Of a DNA stretch of 64,000 bases, positions 29,991 to 40,790 are shown one piece after another. The DNA is taken from the NCBI RefSeq assembly GCF_009914755.1, contig NC_060931.1. One strand, given 5' to 3'. The notes beneath the pieces were generated by a model that was not told the DNA's origin, did no database searches, and saw only the letters and a program-made list of their open reading frames with translations. This stretch comes from the human T2T-CHM13v2.0 reference genome, Homo sapiens. The translations under genes were made by a program, and so were the position numbers. Within the stretch, counting starts at the first letter, position 1; the number at the start of each line of letters is the position of its first letter.

Positions 29991-30530
29991 GAAAGTAATC
30001 TTCGAATAGACTTGAATGGAATCATTGAATGTACTCGAATGGAATCATCATTGAATGGAATGCATCGAATTCCATTTGAATGGAATCAAATTTAATCATC
30101 GAATGGAATCAAATGGAATCATCATCAAAGGGAATCGAATAGAATCGGCATCGAATAGAATCGAATGGAATCATCATCAATGGAATTGAATGGAATTTTC
30201 TTCAAATGGAATCGAATGGAAACATCATCGAATAGGATTGAATGGGATCGTCAAATGAAACTGAATGGAATCATCATCAAAACGAATCAAAATAAAACAA
30301 ACAATGGAATCCAACGGAATCATCAAATGGAATCAAATGGAATTATCACTGAATGGACTCGAATGGAGTCATCATCGAATGGAATGTAAAGGAATCATTG
30401 AATGGACTCGAATGGAATCATTGAATGGACTCGAATGGAATCTTCAAATGGAATCTAATGTAATCATCATCGAATCAACATCAAACGGAATGGATCGAAT
30501 CAACATCAAATGGAATCATTTGGAATCATC
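29991..30530 (-). repeat. Inverted HSat2 block (GAATG on + strand)
   Basis: Abrupt switch at ...ttcgacgatt|gaaagtaatc... to gaatggaatcatcatc units, switching back at tggaatcatc-tatgatt-gatgattcca. Confidence 0.9.
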
Positions 30531-30537
30531 TATGATT

Positions 30538-30836
30538 GATGATTCCATTCCATTCCATTGCATACCATTCCTTTCGAGTCCATTGTATTCCATTCGAGTC
30601 CATTCCATTGCATTCCATTCCATTCGAGTCTATTTCGTTCTAATCCATTCGAGTCTATTCCATTGCATGTGAGTAAATTCCATTCCATTCCATTCTCTTC
30701 CGTTCCATTCCATTCCATTCCATTCGTGTCCATTTCATTCCATTCGAATCCATTCCACTCCATTCCATTGCACTCATGTTGATTCCATTCTATTCCATTC
30801 CATTCGAGTCCATTCCATTTCATTCGAGTCCATTCC
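30538..30836 (+). repeat. HSat3-type (CATTC)n island
   Basis: Nearly pure pentamer register (cattc cattc cattg gagtc) almost without the GATGAT spacers typical of the surrounding HSat2. Confidence 0.75.
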
Positions 30837-30872
30837 GATGGAATTCGAATTTTGATTAGAATGGATCATTCA

Positions 30873-31396
30873 CCATGATGACTCCATCCCATTCCATTCA
30901 TTGGTGATTCCATTCAATTCCATTCATTGATTCCATTCCATTCCATTTGACAATGATTACATTCGATTCCATTCAATGATGATTCTATTCTTCCCCATTA
31001 GATGTTTCCACACGATTCCATTCAATGATGATTATATTCAAGTCCATTCGATGATTCTATTTGATTCCATTAGATGATAACTCCATCCCATTCCATTCAT
31101 TGGTGATTCCATTCAATTCCATTCATTGATTCCATTCCATTTCATTCGACAATGATTCCATTCGATGATGATTCTATTCTTCCCCATTAGATGATTCCAC
31201 ATGATTGTAGTTGATGATGATTCTATTCTTCCCCATTAGATGATTCCACATGATTGTAGTCGAAGATGATTCTATTCGAGTCCATTCGATAATTCCATTC
31301 GATTCCATTCGATGTTGACTCCATTCCATTCCATTCATTGGTGATTCCATTCAATTCCATTCATTGATTCCATTACATTCCTTTCGGATTCCATTC
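30873..31396 (+). repeat. HSat2 block made of a ~200-bp tandem duplication with a nested 49-bp duplication
   Basis: actccat(c/t)ccattccattcattggtgattcc starts at 30881, 31080 and 31318. A 49-bp unit starts at 31164 and again at 31213. Confidence 0.85.
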
Positions 31397-32426
31397 GAAT
31401 CATAGAATGGAAACCAATGCAGTCATCATCGAATGGACTCGAATGCAAACATTATCGAATGTCATCAAATGGAAACATCATCAAATGGAATCTAATGGGA
31501 TAATGATATGGACTCGAATGGAAACATCAAATGGAGTCAAATGGAATCATCATCAAATATAATCTAATGGAATCATCGAATAGCATCAAATGGAATCATC
31601 GTCGAAGGCAGTCGAATGGAATCATCGAATGGAATGGAATGGAATAATCATGCAATGTAATCGAATGGAAACTTCGAATGGACAAGAATGGAATCATCAT
31701 CAAATGCAATCAAATGGAATCATCATCGAATGGAATCGAATGAAATCATCATCAAATGGAATCAAATAGAATCATCCAATGGAATAGAATTGATGTATCA
31801 TCAAATGACATCATACAGAATCATTGAATGAAATTGAATTTAATCATCATCGAGTGGAATCGATTGGAATCATGAACGAATGGAATCAAATGGAATCACA
31901 GAATGGAATCCAAATTAATCATTATCAAATTGAATCCAATGGAATCATTAAATGGACTCGAATGGAATCATTGAATGGATTCAAAAGCAATCATCATCGA
32001 ATGGAATAGAATGGAATCATCAAATGCAATCGAATGAAATCATCATCGAATTTTATCAAATGGATTCATCGAATGGACACGAATGGAATCATCATCGAAT
32101 GGAATCGAAAGGAATCATCTAATGGACGTGAATGGAATCATCATTGACTGGAATTGATTGGAGTCATCATCGAATGGAATCGAACAGGATAATCATTCAA
32201 TGGGATCGAATGGCATCATGTATTGGGATAGAATGAAATGATCATCGAATGAAATCGAATAGAATTATAGAAAGAAATCGCATTGAATCATCATCGAATG
32301 TAATCGAATGGAATCATCAAATGGACTCGAATGGAATCATTGAATGGACTCGAATGGAATCATCGTTGAATGGAATCGAGTGGAATCCTCGAATGGAATC
32401 AAATGGAATCATCAAATGGAATCGAA
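31397..32426 (-). repeat. Inverted terminal HSat2 block at the satellite/non-satellite boundary
   Basis: Orientation flips at the palindrome ATTCGAAT (31393-31400). gaatggaatcatcatc units continue to ...atggaatcgaa, then non-satellite sequence starts (cagatttataag). Confidence 0.9.
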
Positions 32427-32499
32427 CAGATTTATAAGAACCTTACTTGAACCAAAATATAGAAAAACAAACAAACCAAAACCCCTAAAACTGTGATGA

Positions 32500-32815
32500 G
32501 CAAAGTAGACATCAGAACAGGAAATATCACTGGGGATGAAGAATAACATTTCAAAATGACAAAGGGAAAAATACACCAAGAAGTCATGTAAATAAGAAAT
32601 ATGTATGCACACAATAGCATTACTTCAAAATACATAATAGAAAACCTATTAAAACTGAAAGGTAAAATAGTAAAACCACAGTCATTCATGGGGATTTCAA
32701 CAGTCTCCTGCCAGAAATTTTTAAATTTTGTTAAACGAAATGTTGGGAAGGGGAGAGAGCATCTTAAAAATATAATTAGGCAACTTTATCTAATTGAATC
32801 TTTTAGAATAATCTA
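32500..32815 (+). mobile_element. Old LINE-1 (L1M-type) fragment, ORF2 endonuclease region
   Basis: Degenerate translation follows L1 EN: KVDIRTGNITGDEE*HFKMTKGKIHQE...NMYAHNSITSKYIIENLLKLKGKIVK, plus ggggatttcaac (GDFN motif). Confidence 0.8.
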
Positions 32816-33314
32816 AGGATGAGGAATGAGGTAGCAGAGAGAGAAAAGGCAGACATCAACGTGATATTAGTGTTTCAAGGCTATGAGAATACACCAATAA
32901 TGGTGTGTGTGTGTGTGCAGATGGTAAGCTCAATCTTAAAAATGTTGAGTTTTAACTGACAATTCATTATTAAGAAAGATAAGAGGAAATTATATCTAGT
33001 GAGAGGCTATATGACTGAACTCTAAGAGAAAGGTCACAGCAGAAATTGTGTACTTGACAGCTCTATAAGGAGGTCAGTCAAAAATAAGTCAGTGATGAAT
33101 ACTCTGGTGTAAAAGCAGAGGAATGAGGATTAGATTTAAAACACATGGAAGCAGAGTGACTTATGATAAAAACATGAGCTTGAAAATCCTGCAGAGAGGG
33201 CTTTAAATCCTGGGTATGATATTCTGCTTGTGTAGGCAATAGTGATAAAAACACAACAACAAAGAGAGGTGAAGAGCACTTTCCTTTGATATAAGTAAAG
33301 GGCACGTCTTATTG

Positions 33315-33317
<3 letters not shown>

Positions 33318-33365
<48 letters not shown>
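33318..33365. repeat. (TA)n microsatellite, ~24 units
   Basis: Uninterrupted TA run. Confidence 0.97.
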
Positions 33366-33367
<2 letters not shown>

Positions 33368-33493
33368 AACTGAGATTCAACATGTTTCTCTCATTGAAAC
33401 AGCAAGCTCTCCAGGCCTTGATGTTCCCAGTGAGGTAGGTAACCTTCTGATGATTATACTCACCCTCCCTCATTGCAAAGCTCCCATTGTTAT

Positions 33494-33950
33494 TGTCTTG
33501 GCTCTGGATTCCCTCAAAAATAGACTATGAAACAAATATCTGGGGTCAGATACTTTAATCAGAAATTGAGTGAGAAAGCACAGAAGTGGAGAAAATGAAA
33601 CAGAACACGAAGCCAGTGTGAATGAGTAGTTACTGCTATGTGCTCAGTAATGATGGAGGTATGGAGATTGTGTCAAAATAACTTTACAAAGAGATGGGGA
33701 TGCTGGAATCCCCATCTCTTATTGCTTAAGGATTGCCTTAAAATCATTAACTCTCCACCCCTAACGCATTCTTTGTTCCTATGTGTGGTTGAGAAGCACT
33801 GGTTAGCCTCAAGAAGCTTACAGGCAGGCCCAAAAATCAGAAAGACAGGCATGATGTGGGGAGCTCTCAGTTAGCTGGAAACAGGTGAATTTCAGGTGAA
33901 CACATTGAGTCCAGGACATAGAAGACAAGTCATCAGCAATATCTGCTATA
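33494..33950 (-). mobile_element. Old ERVL-class LTR (LTR33/LTR16-like)
   Basis: Termini tgtcttggctctggattccctc...tatctgctata resemble the reverse complement of LTR33/16 ends; heavily diverged. Confidence 0.5.
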
Positions 33951-33987
33951 GCCAGTTTTCTTTTTCTAAGAATATATATACATTTTA

Positions 33988-34608
33988 TTGGGGGTCCCCA
34001 AGTCCCCCTTTGGTTTAATGATTCACATAACCCAAGAAAGCTGATTTTTTTGTGTGGTTATAGTTTCTAACAGTGAAAGAAACCAGATTAAAATAATCAG
34101 AAGCATAAAAGCACATAAAGTTGAGTCCAGGACAAACCAGATGTGAGCTTACAGGTGTCCTTTCATAGTGGGGACTTCACACTGACTAGTTTTCTTTACA
34201 ATGGTGTGAGACAACATGTGTGAACTTGTTGCCAACTAGGGAAGCTCAGTCAGCCTTGAGTCCAGGGTTTTTATTAGGATTCCACCACATATGCATCGAA
34301 TGTCCTGTGACTGAACTTAGCTACTTAGTTCCCAACCTCCATATGCCCTAAGAGAGTACATATTAATATAGCATTACACAAAGTCATAGGCATACAGAAA
34401 CAGGTGCTCACAAGAAATCACGTTGTTAGCATCAGCTATTTGATATGACCTACGTTTTCAGGTATACAAAGACTCTCATCAGGCAACGTATACCAAGGGC
34501 TCATAGGTTATCATCTCCCAGGAGCTTGTCAAGGGCCAGTCCTGAAGACCTTTGGAATGCGCAAGGTTTTGGAAAGCCATGTCTGCAGAATTAACCCTTC
34601 ATTACACA
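33988..34608 (-). mobile_element. ERVL-class LTR (MER68/MER77/MER21 group)
   Basis: ggggtccccaag start, gagtccaggacaaaccag, gacaacatgtgtgaa...agggaagctca...cagggtttttatt, and ttaacccttcattacaca end. Confidence 0.65.
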
Positions 34609-34977
34609 ACCTCCAAGAATTTTTTTAATCTTTAAAAATGTTCTTTGATCTTTGACAAAGTACCAACCAATACTGAATAATTAGTAACAACAGTGTACTC
34701 CTGAGTACTTGTACCTGCAAGGAGAAAGGGGACAGATGCACTTACATAGGACAGATGCAAATAGACACCACTATGACAAGTAAAGCTGGAAAAATCAATA
34801 AATTCCTAAAGACAAAGTGGGGCTGGTGAGATTGGGAGACCGCTGACAGCTGCAGAAGTTGGGAAAGATCCATCATCTTGAAAATTTTTTCCCCACAAAC
34901 CCACTGCTATCTCTCAAGCAATTGGTAAGGAATCGAAGAGAGTCTGTATATGACACAGATCAGGGAGAGCAGAACAC

Positions 34978-35257
34978 TTGGGAGGTGACCAGGTCTTGGG
35001 GGCCGAGCCCTTATGAATGGGATTAGTGTCTTTATAAAAGAAGCTCAATGGAGTTCTTGTGTGCCTTCCACTATGTGAAGACATAGAAAGAAGGCACCAT
35101 CTATGAAACATGAAATGGGCTCTCATCAACACTGAATTGGGGAGCGTCTTGACCTGAGATCTTACAGCCTCAAGAAGTGTGAAAAAAGAAATATCTATTG
35201 CTTTTTAGTCACTCAGTTTATGTTATTTTGTTATAAGAGTCCAAATAGACCAAGATA
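34978..35257 (+). mobile_element. MaLR LTR (MLT1A-like), 3' portion
   Basis: gagcccttatgaatgggattagtgtctttataaaaga, cagcctcaagaagtgtga, and gttattttgttataag...agaccaagata terminus. Confidence 0.8.
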
Positions 35258-35479
35258 TTCCACTTAATATGTAGGGGAAGGCAACAAAAACTGCCACACT
35301 TAGAATACTCCTGATGCTGGAGGTATGAAAACAGGAAAAACAAAACAAAACTGCTCTTGAAGGTGAAGGAGGAATATCACTGAGCTCACCAACACAGCCA
35401 GGAAAAGAACAGAAGTGTGGGAAGGCTACATTCCTGAGACCCTGAGAAAAGGTACCTGCATAAGACTGAGATGAAATTA

Positions 35480-35988
35480 CGTACTCTAGTTATGATTGAA
35501 ATCCCAAAAAGAAAAGAGGGAAAAATAATGGAGCAAAAGAAGTATTTTTCAAAATAACTGCCAAAAATATTCTAAAAAGAAGTGACAGAAAATCAAACTT
35601 CAAATATAGGAAACTCAGAGAATGTCAAATAGAACAAAAAGAAACAAGAATTACATCTTGAAAAATCTTTAAAAAATCAAGTCAAAATTTTATATCTTGC
35701 TCCAAATATATAGAGATATAAATAGGTTATCATCAAGATATGGAGAAAGCCATATCATGGAAACACTAAAATAAGGCTGTGGAAGGACTACATTGTTATT
35801 AGACACAACAGAGTTCGGAACAAGAAATGGTATCAGAGATGAGAGATAATAGATAATAGAATAATCAATTCTCAAGAAGATGTGAACATCCTACTAATTA
35901 GGGTATGCAGCTAACAACAGAACCTCCAAATACATGAGGTAAAACAGGAAAGAAATAAAAGGTGAAATAGAAAGATCCAAAATTATAT
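35480..35988 (+). mobile_element. Old L1 fragments (ORF1 and ORF2 endonuclease region)
   Basis: gaaactcagagaatgtcaaatag (ORF1-like). tcaagaagatgtgaacatcct...tatgcagctaacaacagaacctccaaatacatga...aaaggtgaaataga (EN-like). Confidence 0.65.
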
Positions 35989-35989
35989 T

Positions 35990-36330
35990 TTGATCTGATT
36001 TGTTAGTATTTTTTAAGGAATTTTGCATTTATACTTATAGTAGTTTTATTTTTCTATTCTATTTGGACTAATCTTTGTATCAAGGTAACACTGGCCCCAC
36101 AGAATAAATTGGGAAGTGAATATTTCCCTTTTTTAAAAAAGCTGGTCAAGAATTAATATCAATTATTCAACACTAACAAATACTATTATTATAAATTATT
36201 AATTTCTCTAATTTTTATTTTCTTCCTTCTGCTTGCTTTAGGTTTAGTTTGCTATTCTTTCCAGTGCCTTAATGTGTAAGGTCATCTTATCTCATCCTTT
36301 CATTTGTCTTTTCATTTTCTAAATAGTGTC
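35990..36330 (-). mobile_element. Old L1 fragment, antisense
   Basis: ttgttagtattttttaaggaattttgcattta...gtatcaaggtaacactggcc...tttcttccttctgcttgctttaggtttagtttgctattctttcc are typical antisense L1 ORF2 motifs. Confidence 0.65.
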
Positions 36331-36339
36331 TTTTTAGCA

Positions 36340-36710
36340 TCAGGTGAGCTCCCCAGGTTGGTAGTACTCCATGTTTATTGCTGTACAACAATGACAGGTA
36401 ATATGTCCTGAAGACAAGGGAAACTTACCATTCAAAATCTCCTAGATTCCACCTTTTATGATATGTCTCTTCAATTGGTCCTAATTTCTACCCTTTCTCT
36501 ATTATAAACCATGAGTACAATGGCATTCAATGAGTTCTGTGAGTCTTTCTAGTCAATTCTTGAAACTGAGGGTGTTCAGGGGAAACCCCTGAACTGGCAG
36601 TTGGTTTCAGAAGTGAGAAGCCTCTTATATGGCCTCTTCCTTTGAACTGTGCAGCTGGACGCAAACTCTGCACAATTTGGGCCAGAAGTCTCACGTTGAC
36701 ATTGCGGCCT
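36340..36710 (+). mobile_element. MER21-like LTR fragment
   Basis: ataaaccatgagtacaa...tgagttctgtgagtctttctagtcaattcttgaaactgagggtg...gaaacccctgaact...gttggtttcagaagtgag. Confidence 0.6.
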
Positions 36711-37248
36711 AAAGTATCTTGTAGTTTGTCTAACCCTCAATAAATTTGCTTTCATCAAATATTGTATTTGTTACCCCAAAATTACCATCACGTTTCTTTT
36801 TTCTCCAAATAACTAACATTGGGAGAAATAGCCAGCTAAGTCTGTAACTCAACAGAAACAAGTGATCCATGTACCATATACCATATAAGTGGCCATTTCA
36901 TTTTGCCTCCTTCCACCAAATCTTAGCAACCTCAACCATTGCCATGAGCCACTGTAGGCCTACCAGCTACAAACAAACAAGTATCTTTTAAAAACACTTC
37001 ATATTCCCATTTGATAAATTTCCCAGCAAAGAGATGCCTACTTTAAATCTATGCAAGTGGCTCATATTCACGAATTCTGTAGATATTATTCATGTAGTGT
37101 GAGAAAATCATCCCAGCGATGCCAGCACATTCTCCTTCCCATGATCTGCTTAGTTTGCAAACATATTCATGCCATGGGTGACAGATTTGTATTTCACAGT
37201 AAAACAATTTTATGGAGGACATTGAAACTTACATTGAGCATTTTAGTA

Positions 37249-37590
37249 CAGTCACACATCACTGAGTGATAGGGATACGTTCTAACAGATGTATCCATAG
37301 GCAATTTCATCATTTTGCAAACATCACAGAGAATATTACAAACACCTAGATTGTGCAGCCTACCACGTCTAGGTTATATGGTATAGCCTCTCTCTCCCAG
37401 GCTACAAACCCGTGTACTACCTTACTGTACTGAATACTGCAGGCAATAAGAACACAGTGGAAAGAGGTTATGTATCTAAACATACTTAAACGTAGAAAAG
37501 TATGTAAAAATATGTATTATAATCTCATGGGACCACTTTTGTATATGTAATCCATCTTTGACTGAAATGTTATTATGCATGACATGACTC
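37249..37590. mobile_element. Tigger3a/MER7A-type non-autonomous DNA transposon
   Basis: Degenerate terminal inverted repeats (TIRs) cagtcacacatc...gcatgacatgactc with TA flanks; internal ctaggttatatggtatagcct and caggctacaaacc; ~340 bp. Confidence 0.8.
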
Positions 37591-37863
37591 TACGACAAAA
37601 ATAAAATAACACATTGTAAAAAATGTACACAGGTATCAAACATATTAATATTGTAAAATTAAAAATATTTATTCAGTGTAAGACTTTGCAATGATCACAA
37701 AATGTTCACAGCTTTTATTTTAGTACAGTTTCAAATGCCTAGTGCAATTATTATTTATTTCTTTGTGTATTTTAAACAGGTATATAATAAATATTTTTCA
37801 ATGTCCACAATATATATCAATCCAACTGGCTCTTATAAATATTAGTTAAAATGAATTGGTAAA

Positions 37864-37866
<3 letters not shown>

Positions 37867-37907
<41 letters not shown>
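37867..37907. repeat. (TA)n microsatellite, ~20 units, followed by short (CA)n
   Basis: Direct reading. Confidence 0.97.
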
Positions 37908-37915
<8 letters not shown>

Positions 37916-40392
37916 TGTATCAGTCTGTATGCATGTATGTGTGTGTAAATGTAACTGTATGTGTGTGTAAATGTAACTGGATGCATCCTAATATTTACCC
38001 TTACCTACAAGATTTCCAAGATTCATTTATTATCTTTAGATGATGTGCATTTAAAGATTTACCAAATAAAACTGTAATCGTAGAAAATATCAAGATGTTA
38101 TTAAATTCATCTTGTGCACATAATTGTTTCTTTAAATTTATGTTTCTTGCAAAACTTGCGGTAATGCTCATGAACAAAATAATTTTCTAAATAAAAAATA
38201 AAAACACATTTTCAGTCATTAATTCTTAATAATTATTTCTCCCAAATACTTAATGTGAATTAATTCTTAATTCTTAATTATAGAAAAATATTGCCCTTCA
38301 GAGTTCTGAATCTTTTGCATGTTGTATACATTTCACTAACTAGAACAACTTCTGGAATATTGGCATTAATTAATGTCACTCAGCAATTAATGATTTCAAG
38401 GAAATTAAATACCATTCATATTCTGAATCACAAGGGTACTTTGGCATCTAATTTAATCAAGCTCTTTGTATCATCATCTACACGTTAATTACTTAACAAA
38501 CATTTCTCTGTGTGAGAAAGATTGAGCAGGTTATTGTGTTTATTAAGATGCAACTTTTGCTTAATCTAGAGATAGGCAATGCTCTCTATAAGGGACAAAG
38601 AGAAAAATGAAAGAGCAATAGAGATGTGACAGGCATGGAAAAAGACAATACATTTATAAAACAAATGGGGCCACAGATGTTGATAATGGGGATCAAATCT
38701 TGAGATACTGACTCAGGTTATAACCACACTGTACAATAGAGCAAATCATTTCTTAATTTTTTTACAAATGAAATTTAATTTAATTAAGATGAATACAGTG
38801 TTTTAAACAAGACAGGTCATCTTAAAATAAAATAGTGGAATAAAGTGATAAAACCAATGTAAAAATCATAAACATTTTATAAAGAATTTTTGTCATGTAA
38901 TTTAATATTTTTCGTTATTTAAAATCACCCAAATCAAAATAATTTTATCTTAATTAACAAATAATCATCAGAAGTTAACTAATTTTTACTTATATTACTA
39001 GGTTTAAAAATTCTTCACTATATTTTTAATCATATATGCTTATACATAAAACAGACATAGGGTATATGTTTACATGTTCACAATATTATATTGTAATTTT
39101 TCCTATGGATGTGGTTTTTCAATAGAATTAATAAGCACTTTTAAAAAGTTTCAATTTCAATGATATATATGTTTGATTTTTCTTTGACAAAGCATACATA
39201 TATTGATAGGTAATAATAATAAAATCTTCTAAAGACATTACAGGAACATGAATAAGTAATTAAATCGTCAATAATTTGTAACGTTTTATGTAAGCGAAAC
39301 CCATTTAACTGAAAATTGCTTTTATATAATACTCAAACGAGACTAAAAACATATTAACTAGCGGAATAAGTCTTCAAATTGATAATCTGAACTATACAAG
39401 AGGAGAAACTTCAAGCACTCAAATATTTGAAATGCTACAAAATATTTATATAAACTATTATTTAACAATTTCTGTTTGTAGAGTGCTATACAGTAATCAA
39501 TATAAATGACATCTCAGTCTTTCTATAGCTTTGAACTCATTTACCTCCTAATTTTAATTATTAATATGTTGGAGCAGTGCATACAACTAGATTCCGATCT
39601 TCCTTTTTAATGAGTAAAAATATGTCCTTTGAGACAGCCTTAAAGAAAGAGTACCTTGTATAAATTCAATGCCAAGAGACAAGATAATCTTCATTCTGAA
39701 GCCTTGTTCTTTTATACAGCAATGTAATTAATAAGAAGAAGAAAAGCAGGACATAGATATGGAGTCTATTTTCAACAAAAATTGTCTATAGATTTTGATG
39801 ATAAAATTTAAAACTCTACTATATTTAGTCAGTCACAAAAAACTAGGTTGTGGGAACATATTTGGTCAATAAAACACCCCTACCAAATGCTGACAAGAAA
39901 AAAAGTTAGGTACCACCTTTCTTCTCTGCAGATGGCCTGAGATGGGTTAATTTGAAAGAATGCTTCCAAACCTGAGGTGACCCCTGAGAACAGCATAATC
40001 CACTGCTTTCTCCCACATTCAGTTTCTCAGTCTGTGCTCTTTTAATTTTCGGGGGAGGGAAGCCAGTCCTTTAAAGCGATCTTCAGCATGATGGCAGAGC
40101 CAAGGAGTGTGGACAGCTGGCATGGTGTCTGACTTTGTTCCAGCAGCCACTTGGGCTTTCTCTGGGTCTTCTCTGCCCTAGGGATAGCACTATTATTGAA
40201 AACATGTCTTTGTGACATTCTCTATGCCAGGAACTCCCAACATATTTTCCTTGAAACTGATGAAATGAATAAAAATAAACCAAGAGGTGTGCTGTTTGTT
40301 TCTGTTTCCTCCTTTCTGCAGCCCTTCTTGATCATCTAATATTTTTAAATACATTGTCGATCACCAAAAGGAGCATAAGGGCTTTATTGGTT

Positions 40393-40790
40393 TGTAGCAG
40401 ATGTATTAATAGCCCAGCCCCTATTCCTTACTTGTAGCTACTGGGAAGAAAACCATACTTAACACTCTACAAGGTCTCATCTCCAGAATTTGCACCAGTT
40501 TCTAGCTGAGGACTTTCTCTAGCAGCACGGGAGCTTGTTACTGGGCATGAAGAAGTGGGAAGAAAAGGTGAGGGTAACTAAGAAGAATCTCCCTGGATTC
40601 AGTGATGTAATTCTTAGGCATGCTCCACATAGCTTCCCATAAAATTAAGTCCAGATATCTAATACAGGAACTTACCTCTTAACACGTGTGGTATTGGCTT
40701 TTCTATCTTTCCTGTTTTATTTTGTTCTCTTTTCCTTGTCTTACTTTCGCTGTGTCCTCACAACTGCTTTAAGAATACCCAAACAAATAC
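40393..40790 (+). mobile_element. Old ERVL-class LTR (LTR33/LTR16-like)
   Basis: tgtagcagatg start, gtaattcttaggcatgctccaca, and actgctttaagaatacccaaacaaatac end; heavily diverged. Confidence 0.45.

Noticed and set aside
554-32437. Over a hundred short ORFs with MESNGIIEWN-type translations
   Set aside because: They are the automatic translation of the GAATG strand of HSat2/3, occur in all frames, and show no gene structure.
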